In this document: piece by piece, positions 19,648-28,915 of the stretch
How positions within the stretch are numbered: position 1 is the first letter of the stretch
Layout: every line of letters starts with the position of its first letter
Assembly: GCA_009837395.1 (NCBI GenBank)
Contig: VXTP01000046.1
Span: 65,946-129,945 of the forward strand
Direction: 5' to 3'
Length of the DNA: 64,000 nt
Source: Gemmatimonadota bacterium
GTDB taxonomy: Bacteria > JAAXHH01
Program-made: the position numbers and the translations under genes
The notes under the pieces: generated by a model
The model's database searches: none
Told to the model about the DNA's origin: nothing
What the model saw: the letters and a program-made list of their open reading frames with translations, nothing else

Positions 19648-19884
19648 TCAGGATGTCTGCATATCAAGTATCCATAAAGCAAGACGGACGGCGGTTTTGT
19701 CAAGCCGTCTTTGACCCGACGGTCGCGTCCGACAGGAAAAACCAGACTTTATTCATATCGTCATGGCCTTGTATGCTGTTCGTAACAGAATCGTCAAATA
19801 ACCTTTTTATATTTGCACCGTGTTCGATTCAAGCTTGCGTTCCAGGCACCCGCAGACGGACAGATTCGACGTAAACAAGGGGAG

Positions 19885-22854
19885 ATGCCGTACATGACGA
19901 AGACCTACCGGTACCGGAACAGCCTTGACGCGATATACGACAGAAGCCGTCTGGCCAAATCGATGCGGGCAGTGATATTCGTGGCCGCACTCGTGGCCGC
20001 ACTCGCGCTCCTTGCGGGCACGGCGATGGAGGTCCGCGGGCAGGCGTCCATGGGCCGCATATCGGGTACGGTCGTGGACGCGGAGACGGGCGATCCCCTC
20101 ATCGGCGCCACGGTGGTGGTGGTGGGACTGGAGCTTGGCGCGATGGCCGATCTCGAAGGCACCTACCTGATCCGGAACGTCCCGGCAGGACTGCACGCCG
20201 TCCAGGTATCCATGATCGGGTACGCGGCGAAGCGGATCACCGAGATCCAGGTCGAACCGGACCAGGTGAGCAGAATAGACATAACCGTCGAACAGGAACT
20301 CATCGTGGCGGACGTCGTGGAGGTGACGGCCCGGTCCCTGGAAAACACGGAAGCGTCACTGCTCAAGCAACGCCAGAACGCCCTTTCCATCAGCGACGCC
20401 ATCAGCGCCGAGGATATCTCCCGGGGCGCCCAGGGCGACGTGGCCGCGGCCATGACCCGCGTTACCGGTGCATCGGTTGTGGACGGCAAGTACGTCTACA
20501 TTCGCGGACTGGGCGAACGGTACAGTACCGCCCAGCTGAACGGCACCTCCCTGCCGAACGCCGATCCCAACAGCAAGTCGGTCCAGATGGATATCTTCGC
20601 GGCGAACCTGCTGGACAACATCACCACGGAAAAGACCTTTACGCCGGACAAGCCGGGCAACTTCACCGGCGGCAGTGTCAACGTGAAGACCAAGTCCCTG
20701 CCCGAGTCATTCACCATGTCCTTCTCCTCCTCCACGAAGTACAACACCCAGTCTTCCTTCAAGGACATGTTGAGCTACGAGGGCGGTGAATACGATTTCC
20801 TGGGCTTCGACGACGGCACCCGGGATATTCCCCTGCCCCTGCGGAATCCCGATGTGGAGATTCCCAGCATCACCAGCGCGCTTCGGGACCCGGAGGCCGC
20901 GCAACTGCTGGATCTGTATTCCAGGTCGTTCACCGACAAGTCGATGACGCCGACCACCATAGAAGGCGGACTCGGCCAGAGCTACGCGTTCTCAATAGGC
21001 AACCAGACGGAGATCGCGGAACGTCCCTTCGGGATGCTGGGCAGCGTGAGCTACAACCGGAACATCTCGGCGTATGACAACGGCGCGTCCGGGATCTGGA
21101 AGCGCGTGTCCCGGGAGGCCGAAGGGTTGAACAGGGAGCGGTTCGCGACGGACATGAGCGGATCCGAAGAAGTGCTCTGGGGCGGCCTCGTGAACGCGAC
21201 CTACCAGCCGAGTATCACCCACGAGATCGGCGTCAACGTGCTTTACAACCGCAGCGGCGAAAAACTGTCCCGGTTCCAGACCGGCGCGTGGCCATCCTCC
21301 CTGCCCGGTGAAAACGTGCGGTACGAGACCCGCGTGCTGTCCTTCATCGAGCGCGAGATGCGGTCTTTGCAGTTCCGCGGCAAGCACGTAATGCCGTCCG
21401 TGTCCAACATGGAAATCGAATGGACCGGCGCTTTCATCCGGTCGAACCAGGACGAGCCCGACCTTCGTTACTTCACCAACGAATTCCAGACGGTCGACGC
21501 GGCCGGCGAGGGTGTGCCGGATATCGACAGCTACACGATCGCCCTTTCCAACTACGCGGCACCGACCCGTTACTTCCGGAACCTGGAAGAATCCAACCGG
21601 GACTTCAAGCTGGACGTGACGCTGCCCTTCACGCCATGGTCCGGACTCACGGCCCGTATGAAGTTCGGCGGGGCCTACCTGGACAAGAACCACACCTTCA
21701 GGGAGCGGCGTTTTTCCTTCAGGCAGGACGCCCTGCAGTACCGGAATGATCCGGTCGTCTTCTTCTCCACGGCGCGCACCGGGATCCTGCCCGATGAATA
21801 CCAGGATACGCCCGGGTTTACCCGGTTCGGGAATTTCGTATCCGAGGACTCGGACCTGAGGAACAACTACGACGGCGACCAGGAAATCCGGGCCGGATAC
21901 GTGATGCTGGACCTGCCGCTCACCAGGCGGTTCAAGGTCACGGGCGGCGCCCGGTACGAGTCCACCCTGCTGGACGTGGCCAGCCATGAAACTTCGCTTA
22001 CGCCCGGCAGACTGGACGAGAAGGACTGGCTGCCCTCGATCAACACGGTGTACCAGGTCGTGGACAACATGAATGTCCGGGGCGCGTACAGCCGGACCCT
22101 GGCACGGCCATCCTTTCGCGAACTGGCCCCATTCGCCTCTTTCCTCTTTGTCGGTGACTACATCTTCGTGGGGAACAGCGATCTGAAGCGGACGCTGATC
22201 GACAACTACGATTTCCGATGGGAATGGTTCAACCGTCCCGGCGAGATCTATGCCCTCAGCTATTTTTACAAGAAGTTCGAGAATCCGATCGAGCGCGTAA
22301 TCGTGACGACGAACGGCGAAATCCAGTTTCAGAATGTCGACAGGGCGCTCGTCTCCGGGTTGGAACTGGAATTCCGGAAACAGCTCGACCAGCTCCATCC
22401 GTCCCTGGGCAACTTCCAGCTCGGCGGCAACCTGTCCCTGATCAGTTCCCAGGTGGATATCGCGCCGTCGGAACTCGCCATCATCCGGGCGCTCGATCCC
22501 GGTGCGGGGGAGACCCGCAAGCTGCAGGGCCAGTCTCCCTACGTAGTCAATATCGACGCCATGTACGACAACCCGGACACCGGTACCCTGGTGAGCGTCC
22601 ACTACAACGTTTTCGGCGAAAGGCTGTCCGAAGTGAGTACGGGCGGGACGCCCAACGCCTTCGAGCAGCCCGCGGGCATGCTGGATATCACGGGCTCGCA
22701 GAGGCTGTGGGACCGGGTAACGCTTAAGTTCTCCGCCAAGAACCTGCTGGATCCGGACATCAAGAAGGTCCATCCGTTCAATAACGAGGAGTACATCCGA
22801 AGCCTGTACAAGCGGGGGCGGACGTTTTCCCTGGGTTTCTCGTACGGGATATAA
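19885..22854 (+). CDS. TonB-dependent outer-membrane receptor with N-terminal carboxypeptidase-regulatory-like domain
   Basis: Signal peptide MRAVIFVAALVAAL; ISGTVVDAETGDPLIGATVVV (CarbopepD_reg-like); plug and 22-strand barrel length; C-terminal aromatic residue. AGGGGAG Shine-Dalgarno before the ATG at 19885. Confidence 0.85.
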   Translation: MPYMTKTYRYRNSLDAIYDRSRLAKSMRAVIFVAALVAALALLAGTAMEVRGQASMGRISGTVVDAETGDPLIGATVVVVGLELGAMADLEGTYLIRNVPAGLHAVQVSMIGYAAKRITEIQVEPDQVSRIDITVEQELIVADVVEVTARSLENTEASLLKQRQNALSISDAISAEDISRGAQGDVAAAMTRVTGASVVDGKYVYIRGLGERYSTAQLNGTSLPNADPNSKSVQMDIFAANLLDNITTEKTFTPDKPGNFTGGSVNVKTKSLPESFTMSFSSSTKYNTQSSFKDMLSYEGGEYDFLGFDDGTRDIPLPLRNPDVEIPSITSALRDPEAAQLLDLYSRSFTDKSMTPTTIEGGLGQSYAFSIGNQTEIAERPFGMLGSVSYNRNISAYDNGASGIWKRVSREAEGLNRERFATDMSGSEEVLWGGLVNATYQPSITHEIGVNVLYNRSGEKLSRFQTGAWPSSLPGENVRYETRVLSFIEREMRSLQFRGKHVMPSVSNMEIEWTGAFIRSNQDEPDLRYFTNEFQTVDAAGEGVPDIDSYTIALSNYAAPTRYFRNLEESNRDFKLDVTLPFTPWSGLTARMKFGGAYLDKNHTFRERRFSFRQDALQYRNDPVVFFSTARTGILPDEYQDTPGFTRFGNFVSEDSDLRNNYDGDQEIRAGYVMLDLPLTRRFKVTGGARYESTLLDVASHETSLTPGRLDEKDWLPSINTVYQVVDNMNVRGAYSRTLARPSFRELAPFASFLFVGDYIFVGNSDLKRTLIDNYDFRWEWFNRPGEIYALSYFYKKFENPIERVIVTTNGEIQFQNVDRALVSGLELEFRKQLDQLHPSLGNFQLGGNLSLISSQVDIAPSELAIIRALDPGAGETRKLQGQSPYVVNIDAMYDNPDTGTLVSVHYNVFGERLSEVSTGGTPNAFEQPAGMLDITGSQRLWDRVTLKFSAKNLLDPDIKKVHPFNNEEYIRSLYKRGRTFSLGFSYGI

Positions 22855-22871
22855 TCCTTCAAGGAGAAGGT

Positions 22872-24599
22872 ATGTTTCGGTGGATATCCATCGCCTTAGT
22901 TTCCGCCTCATTGGTTTTCCCGGTCCTCGCAGCAGCACAGTCCCCCACCAAACCCGTAGTAACCATCACCGACGCAGATATCGTCGGTAACACTTCCTTC
23001 ACCTCAGACAACACCTATCTGCTGTCCGGCCTGGTCTTCGTCGAAGACGGCGAGACGCTGACGATCGAGGCAGGCACGGTGATCAAGGGCAAGGCCACGA
23101 CCATCGAGGGCGAGGATACCGCCCTGATCGTGGCCCAGGGCGGCAGGATCATCGCCGACGGCACGGCGAGGAATCCGATCATCTTCACGGCCGAAGCGGA
23201 CGACGTCGATGATCCGGACGATATCCTGCTGACATCCCCCACCGCTTCCCGCGGGCTGTGGGGCGGCATCATCCTCCTCGGCCGGGCGTCCATCAACACC
23301 GCCACTGGTGAAAACAACATTGAAGGCATCGACGCGACGACCGAACCGCGGGGTATCTACGGCGGCGGATCGAATCCCGACGACGACGACGACTCGGGCG
23401 TGCTGCGGTACGTGTCGATCCGGCACGGCGGCGCGGTCATCGGCGCGGACAACGAGATCAACGGGCTGACCATGGCCGGCGTGGGCCGCGGCACGACCAT
23501 TGAGCACGTGGAGGTGTTCTACAACCAGGACGACGGCTTCGAATGGTTCGGCGGCACGGTGAATACGCGCTACCTGATCTCCGCATTCGCGGGCGATGAC
23601 GCCTTCGACTACGACGAGGGCTTCCGGGGCGAGCACCAGTTCTGGTTCTCGATCCAGGATCCGTACCTGGGCGATCATGCAGGCGAGCACGACGGCGGCA
23701 CGGACCCCGAGGACGGCAGGCCCTATGCCCGTCCCACGATCATGAACGCCACCTACATCGGCCGCGGCGCTTCGTCGACGGGCGGCAAGGACAACAACGC
23801 CCTCATCTTCCGCGACAACGCGGGCGGGAGTTATTTCAACAGCATCTTCACCGAGTTCCAGGGCCACGCGCTGTCGATCGAGGACCTGGATCCGACCCGC
23901 GGCGCGCAGGACAGCAAGGCGCGGCTGGACGCGGGAGACCTGGCCTTCCGGTATAACATCCTGGGCAGGTTCGGTGCCGGGAGCTCGCCAGCGGACCTGG
24001 GAGGCGATTTCCACACGCGGGACCTGCTCGCCAACGAGGGCAACGCCAACCGGATCACGGACCCGTTGCTCCAGGGCATCAGCTGGAACCGGAACCTGGG
24101 GCTCGATCCGCGCCCCGGCAGTACCAGTCCGGCCTGGGATGCGAGCAGGCTCATGGAAGAACCCCGGAACAGCGGGTTCTTTACGGATGTCGATTACGCG
24201 GGTGCTTTCGGAACGGAAAACTGGGCGGACCATTGGTCGGCGCTTGCCGCATTGGGTTATTTCAGTACCGCACCGGCACCCATACCCCCGGAACCGGTTG
24301 AGCCCGGCGTTGATGCACCCGACGGATTCAGCCTGGCGCAGAACAGTCCGAACCCCTTCGTCATGACCACGAACATCGACTACACCGTATCGTCTACGAG
24401 CCACGTACTGATCGAGGTGTACAATCTCCTCGGCCAGCGGGTGGCGACGGTGGTGAACGATATCAGGCTTCCGGGTCACTACACCGAGCACTGGGACGCG
24501 CAACATCTCTCGAGCGGCGTGTATTTCTATCGCTTCGAGGCTACCGCGGACGGGCGGACCGCCCACGTCTTCAACCGGAAGATGACCCTGTTGAAGTGA
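22872..24599 (+). CDS. Secreted protein with T9SS (Por) C-terminal sorting domain; beta-helix-like repeats; function unknown
   Basis: Signal peptide. Repeated DDGFEWFGG / GDDAFDYDEGF motifs. C-terminus LAQNSPNPFVMTTNIDYTV...LIEVYNLLGQRVATVV...SGVYFYRFEATADGR matches the T9SS CTD pattern from recall. 17 nt after the receptor stop. Confidence 0.7.
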   Translation: MFRWISIALVSASLVFPVLAAAQSPTKPVVTITDADIVGNTSFTSDNTYLLSGLVFVEDGETLTIEAGTVIKGKATTIEGEDTALIVAQGGRIIADGTARNPIIFTAEADDVDDPDDILLTSPTASRGLWGGIILLGRASINTATGENNIEGIDATTEPRGIYGGGSNPDDDDDSGVLRYVSIRHGGAVIGADNEINGLTMAGVGRGTTIEHVEVFYNQDDGFEWFGGTVNTRYLISAFAGDDAFDYDEGFRGEHQFWFSIQDPYLGDHAGEHDGGTDPEDGRPYARPTIMNATYIGRGASSTGGKDNNALIFRDNAGGSYFNSIFTEFQGHALSIEDLDPTRGAQDSKARLDAGDLAFRYNILGRFGAGSSPADLGGDFHTRDLLANEGNANRITDPLLQGISWNRNLGLDPRPGSTSPAWDASRLMEEPRNSGFFTDVDYAGAFGTENWADHWSALAALGYFSTAPAPIPPEPVEPGVDAPDGFSLAQNSPNPFVMTTNIDYTVSSTSHVLIEVYNLLGQRVATVVNDIRLPGHYTEHWDAQHLSSGVYFYRFEATADGRTAHVFNRKMTLLK

Positions 24600-24694
24600 T
24601 GCGCCGGGGTTGACGCCGTACGAATCCATCGCTTAACTTCCACTCGTTGCCCTCGTCCAATAATGCCCTGTAAATCCCGATCCAGGATTCCCGG

Positions 24695-25825
24695 ATGACC
24701 GATCGCCCCCAAGGACGCCGGCTTGACCGGCGCCGCCTGCTGGACCTTTTGGTTGGCCGACTCGCCGCGCTTGGCGGCGTGGTGCTGATCCTGACTATCC
24801 TGTCGGTCTTTGCCGTGATTCTGTGGGTGATTTTCCCCTTGTTCTCGTCGCCCGCGGAATACCGCTGGGGAATTTCCGGTCCCGAGGGGATCGACGCCGG
24901 GTACGGCATCCTTCCGCTGATCTCCGGGACCTTGAAAGGCGCGGTGTATACCTTGCTTTTCGCGGTGCCGGTCTCGGTGCTCGCCGCACTTTACGCGTCG
25001 CAGTTCCTGCCGCGGGTGCTGATGGAAAGATTGAAGCCGCTGGTGGAAATCATGGCCGCAGTGCCGAGTGTCGTGCTCGGTTTCATCGGCGGTGTCTGGC
25101 TTGCACCGTTCCTGGCGTCCCACGTCTTCGCCCTCTTCCTGGCGCCGGTATTCATTTCAGGCGCGGTGGTGGCCGCTTTTCTGACCAGGCACCACGCCCC
25201 GGTCCGGTTCCGGTCGTTCAATCTTCCGGGCCGGGAAATCTGGCTGCTTCTGGTTGCCGTGCTCGCCGGGGGATGGCTGGCCCTGGAGTGCGGGGCATTG
25301 CTGGAGGCCGCCTGGCTGCGGGCCGGCTACGAGACCTGGTTCGCGGAATCCCTGGGACTGACCTTTACGCAGCGGAACGCGATCGTCGTGGGCATGGTCA
25401 TGGGCCTGGCCGTCACCCCGGTCATATTCACCCTGTCCGAAGAAGCGCTTTCAGCCGTGCCCCGCTCGTTCCTGGAAGGATCGATGTCGCTGGGGGCCAC
25501 GCGCTGGCAGACTGCCGTGCACATCGTCCTTCCCGCCGCGGGGTCCGGCATACTGGCCGCCGTCCTGCTGGGGTTCAGCAGGGCGATCGGGGAGACCATG
25601 ATCGTGCTGTTCGTCTCGGGCAATGTCCCGGTGCTGGACTGGTCCGCCTTCACCGGGTTCCGGGCCCTGTCCGCCAGCGTGGCCCTCGACCTGCCGAACG
25701 CCGCGCCGGACGACACGCTCTACCGAGTCCTGTTTTTCGCCGCCTTTCTCCTGCTCGTTTCAACTTTTGCAATCAACACCGTGGCCGAACTGGTTCGAAG
25801 GCGGCTGAGACGGCGGTATGCTTAA
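24695..25825 (+). CDS. pstC: Phosphate ABC transporter permease PstC
   Basis: EAA-loop region EALSAVPRSFLEGSMSLGATRWQT; GETMIVLFVSGN. Confidence 0.85.
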   Translation: MTDRPQGRRLDRRRLLDLLVGRLAALGGVVLILTILSVFAVILWVIFPLFSSPAEYRWGISGPEGIDAGYGILPLISGTLKGAVYTLLFAVPVSVLAALYASQFLPRVLMERLKPLVEIMAAVPSVVLGFIGGVWLAPFLASHVFALFLAPVFISGAVVAAFLTRHHAPVRFRSFNLPGREIWLLLVAVLAGGWLALECGALLEAAWLRAGYETWFAESLGLTFTQRNAIVVGMVMGLAVTPVIFTLSEEALSAVPRSFLEGSMSLGATRWQTAVHIVLPAAGSGILAAVLLGFSRAIGETMIVLFVSGNVPVLDWSAFTGFRALSASVALDLPNAAPDDTLYRVLFFAAFLLLVSTFAINTVAELVRRRLRRRYA

Positions 25826-25860
25826 GCGCCGGATGTTCCGTCCGCGCGCAGGGAGTTGCG

Positions 25861-27288
25861 ATGGGTTCGAAGTGGTCAAAGGATGACGCCCTGATCTGGC
25901 TGTCCGGCGGGACCCTGGTCCTCGGCTTCCTGATGGTGGCGGGACTGATCCTGGTGATCGTCGTACACGGACTGGGCATGTTCTGGCCCCAGGAACTGAC
26001 GCGGTACGAACTGCGCGACGGCAGGATCGTCCTGGGCCACGAGACGTCCCGCGTCAGCGTCCGGACCACCGGCTCCGCGGGTGAGCGGTCCGTGACCTAT
26101 CGACTGGGGATCCGGACCGGCGACCGGGAACGGTATCCGGACGAATACACCTGGCTGGAGGAAGGCCGGGTCGCAGGGCGGGACACCCCCCGCGAGGCCG
26201 TGGTCGTGGAGCGGGTTCGGGGCGGGGACCTCTTCGGTTTCCTGGAATCGTTCGTGGACGACGGTACGGTCGTCGCCCGGGGTTTCGAAGCCGTTCGGGC
26301 CCATTACCGGGAGCAGGCCCCCGAACTTGAACGCCTGCGTCGGCAACGGGCGCTGTCCATCGTCCTGTCCTCGGAGGATGGCCGGCAGCACTCCGTTTCC
26401 CTTTCGAACGTCCAGCGTATCTACGCACCCAATGAGATGACCACGTGGGCAAAGGTTCGACACTACATGGGCGGCGCCTGGGCCTACCTGTGGTCGCCGC
26501 CAAGGGACGAAAACCGGCTCGGCGGGGTCTATCCGGCGATTTTCGGCACGGCGGCGATGGTCATCCTCATGTCGGTCGTCGTCATGCCCTTCGGCGTGCT
26601 GGCTGCCTTTTACCTGAGAGAATACGGTAAACCAGGCCCGTTCCTGAACGTGGTGCGAGTCGCCGTAAACAGCCTGGCCGGCGTACCCTCCATCGTATTC
26701 GGGGTTTTCGGACTCGGTTTCTTCGTGTATTTTCTGGGAGGAACCCTGGACAGTGTGTTCTTCCCGGCGGATCTCCCGGAACCGACTTTCGGCCGCGGCG
26801 GCATCCTCTGGTGCGCGCTGACCCTGGCCCTGCTCACCCTGCCCGTGGTCATCGTGGCCGTGGAGGAAGGGCTGGCCGGTGTGCCCCCGGTACTTCGCGA
26901 GGCGTCTCACGCCCTGGGCGCGACACGGTTCGAGACGCTGTGGCGTGTCGTCGTGCCGGTGGTGCTGCCGTCCATACTCACGGGTCTGATCCTGTCCGTG
27001 GCGCGGGCGGCCGGTACCGTGGCGCCGCTGATGATCACGGGGGTCGTCGCCTTTTCCGCCGAGTTGCCCGTGGACGGCGCCTGGCCTTTCGTGCACCTGG
27101 AACGGGAGTTCATGCACCTGGGGTTTCATATCTTCGACACGGGTTTCAGGCCGGACGGAGGGGAGGCCTCTCTGCCCATGGCGTACACGTCCACCCTGTT
27201 GCTGCTGGCCATAGTGGTCGCGCTGAATGCGGCGGCGATCGGGCTCAGGAGCCGGTTGAGGAGACGCTATTCACTGGCCGTGGCATAG
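25861..27288 (+). CDS. pstA: Phosphate ABC transporter permease PstA (long form with large periplasmic loop)
   Basis: Starts MGSKWSKDDALIWLSGG; ASHALGATRFETLWRVVVPVV...AGTVAPLMITG. The 821-aa ORF-track entry (24823..27288) is an out-of-frame read-through of pstC fused to this gene. Confidence 0.85.
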   Translation: MGSKWSKDDALIWLSGGTLVLGFLMVAGLILVIVVHGLGMFWPQELTRYELRDGRIVLGHETSRVSVRTTGSAGERSVTYRLGIRTGDRERYPDEYTWLEEGRVAGRDTPREAVVVERVRGGDLFGFLESFVDDGTVVARGFEAVRAHYREQAPELERLRRQRALSIVLSSEDGRQHSVSLSNVQRIYAPNEMTTWAKVRHYMGGAWAYLWSPPRDENRLGGVYPAIFGTAAMVILMSVVVMPFGVLAAFYLREYGKPGPFLNVVRVAVNSLAGVPSIVFGVFGLGFFVYFLGGTLDSVFFPADLPEPTFGRGGILWCALTLALLTLPVVIVAVEEGLAGVPPVLREASHALGATRFETLWRVVVPVVLPSILTGLILSVARAAGTVAPLMITGVVAFSAELPVDGAWPFVHLEREFMHLGFHIFDTGFRPDGGEASLPMAYTSTLLLLAIVVALNAAAIGLRSRLRRRYSLAVA

Positions 27289-27333
27289 GTGCTCCCCGAT
27301 CACGCACGAGCAGCGCATAAGAGGTTCTGACGA

Positions 27334-28131
27334 ATGACGACGGAAAACGCGCCGGTCACGCCGAAGATCCTGCGTGATGAAACGATCATCGACGTCGAGC
27401 ACGTGTCCTTCTGGTACGGGGACCGGCCTGCGCTGAAGGACGTGACCATGGCGATCGACCGCCAGGTCATCACGGCCTTCATCGGTCCGTCAGGCTGCGG
27501 AAAGACGACCTTGCTCAGGCTGATCAACCGCATGAACGATCTCGTTCCCCAGGTCCGCATGACGGGTAGGATCCGGATGAACGGGGTGGACATCTACGGC
27601 CCGGACACCGACGTCACGCGGCTGCGACGGCGCGTGGGCATGGTCTTCCAGCAACCGAATCCCTTCCCCAAGTCCATCTACGAGAACGTGGCCTACGGTC
27701 CCCGGATCCACGGCGTGAAGTCCGGCGGTTTCCTCGACGAGATCGTGGAACGGTGCCTGCGCCGGGCCTTTCTGTGGGAGGAAGTCCAGGCACAGCTCGA
27801 GGAGAGCGCCCTCGGGCTATCCCTCGGACAGCAGCAGCGGCTCTGCATCGCGCGGGCGATCGCGGTCGAACCGGAGGTCCTGCTCATGGACGAGCCGTGC
27901 TCGTCGCTGGACCCCGTCGCCACGTCCAGGATCGAGGAATTAATGCTTGATCTGAAGGACGATTACACCATTGTTATCGTGACGCACAACATGCAGCAGG
28001 CGGCGCGGGTCTCCGAAACCACCGGGTTCATGCTCAAGGGCGAACTGGTGGAAATGGGCGTGACCGACGCGATGTTCACCACGCCCCGCGACCGGCGCAC
28101 GGAAGACTACATCACGGGCCGGGCCGGATAG
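27334..28131 (+). CDS. pstB: Phosphate ABC transporter ATP-binding protein
   Basis: Walker [10 protein letters not shown], signature LSLGQQQRL, Walker B LLMDEP. Confidence 0.95.
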   Translation: MTTENAPVTPKILRDETIIDVEHVSFWYGDRPALKDVTMAIDRQVITAFIGPSGCGKTTLLRLINRMNDLVPQVRMTGRIRMNGVDIYGPDTDVTRLRRRVGMVFQQPNPFPKSIYENVAYGPRIHGVKSGGFLDEIVERCLRRAFLWEEVQAQLEESALGLSLGQQQRLCIARAIAVEPEVLLMDEPCSSLDPVATSRIEELMLDLKDDYTIVIVTHNMQQAARVSETTGFMLKGELVEMGVTDAMFTTPRDRRTEDYITGRAG

Positions 28132-28192
28132 CGCCTCGGCCTGATAGCACGGCCCGATAGCACGGGCCGGGCCGGATAGCGCCTCGGCCTGA
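28113..28192. repeat. Nested direct repeats: 32-bp unit cacgggccgggccggatagcgcctcggcctga x2 (48-bp period) duplicating the pstB 3' end and stop, plus internal gatagcacgg x2
   Basis: Read directly at 28113-28144 and 28161-28192. Confidence 0.75.
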
Positions 28193-28210
28193 ATCCCCTG
28201 GACAGCGATC

Positions 28211-28915
28211 ATGGAAACCCACCTTCAACAACAGCTGGAAGGCTTGAGGTCCGCCCTGCTGAGCATGGCGGCGCTGGTCGAGGAACAGATTGCCCGGGCG
28301 ATCACGGCGCACGTGGAGCGCGACATCGATCTGTGCGATCAGGTCATCGCCGGCGATGGCCCCATCGACGCCATGGAACTGGAGATAGACGAGCAGTGTA
28401 TCCGGTTGCTGGCGCTCCAGCACCCCATCGCGCGGGATCTGCGTTTTGTCGCGGCCAGCATGAAGATCACGATCGACCTGGAACGGCTGGGCGACATCGC
28501 CGTCAATATCTCGAAGAAAACGAAGCAGCTCGCCGGGATGCCCTTGTTGAAGCCGCTCGTCGACCTGCCGCGCATGGCGGACCTTTCCCAGTCCATGGTC
28601 AAGGACAGCCTCAACGCCTTCGTGCGCGGAGACGAGCAACTGGCCATGGACGTCTGCGACCGGGACGAGGAGGTCAATCAGCTGCAGGACCAGATCTTCG
28701 AGGAATTGCTGGCCTGCATGAAGGAGGATTCAGGGTCGGTGCCCCAGGCGATGCAACTGATCTTCATCTCCCGGCACATCGAACGCCTGGCCGATCACGC
28801 CACGAACATCGCCGAAGGCGTGGTGTATTTCTCGGAAGGCCGCGTGATCAAGCATCATGCGGTTGAAGATCCGACTCCGTCACCCATTCGTCAAGAATCC
28901 GATGGGCCTGCGTGA
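28211..28915 (+). CDS. phoU: Phosphate signalling complex protein PhoU
   Basis: Two PhoU repeats (E..D...D motifs), 234 aa. Confidence 0.9.
   Translation: METHLQQQLEGLRSALLSMAALVEEQIARAITAHVERDIDLCDQVIAGDGPIDAMELEIDEQCIRLLALQHPIARDLRFVAASMKITIDLERLGDIAVNISKKTKQLAGMPLLKPLVDLPRMADLSQSMVKDSLNAFVRGDEQLAMDVCDRDEEVNQLQDQIFEELLACMKEDSGSVPQAMQLIFISRHIERLADHATNIAEGVVYFSEGRVIKHHAVEDPTPSPIRQESDGPA

Noticed and set aside
19805-19830. GTTCGATTC, a tRNA T-loop-like word, upstream of the TonB receptor gene
   Set aside because: Flanking bases cannot form a T-stem or acceptor stem; there is no cloverleaf.
20992-24629. 648-aa and 541-aa minus-strand ORFs antisense to the TonB receptor and T9SS cargo genes
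   Set aside because: Same high-GC antisense artefact; the sense-strand genes have clear family signatures and Shine-Dalgarno sequences.
24823-25860. N-terminal 346 aa of the 821-aa ORF-track entry (24823..27288)
   Set aside because: Out-of-frame read-through across pstC. Real pstA begins at the ATG at 25861 (MGSKWSKDD...); the upstream part is Arg/Gly-rich nonsense.
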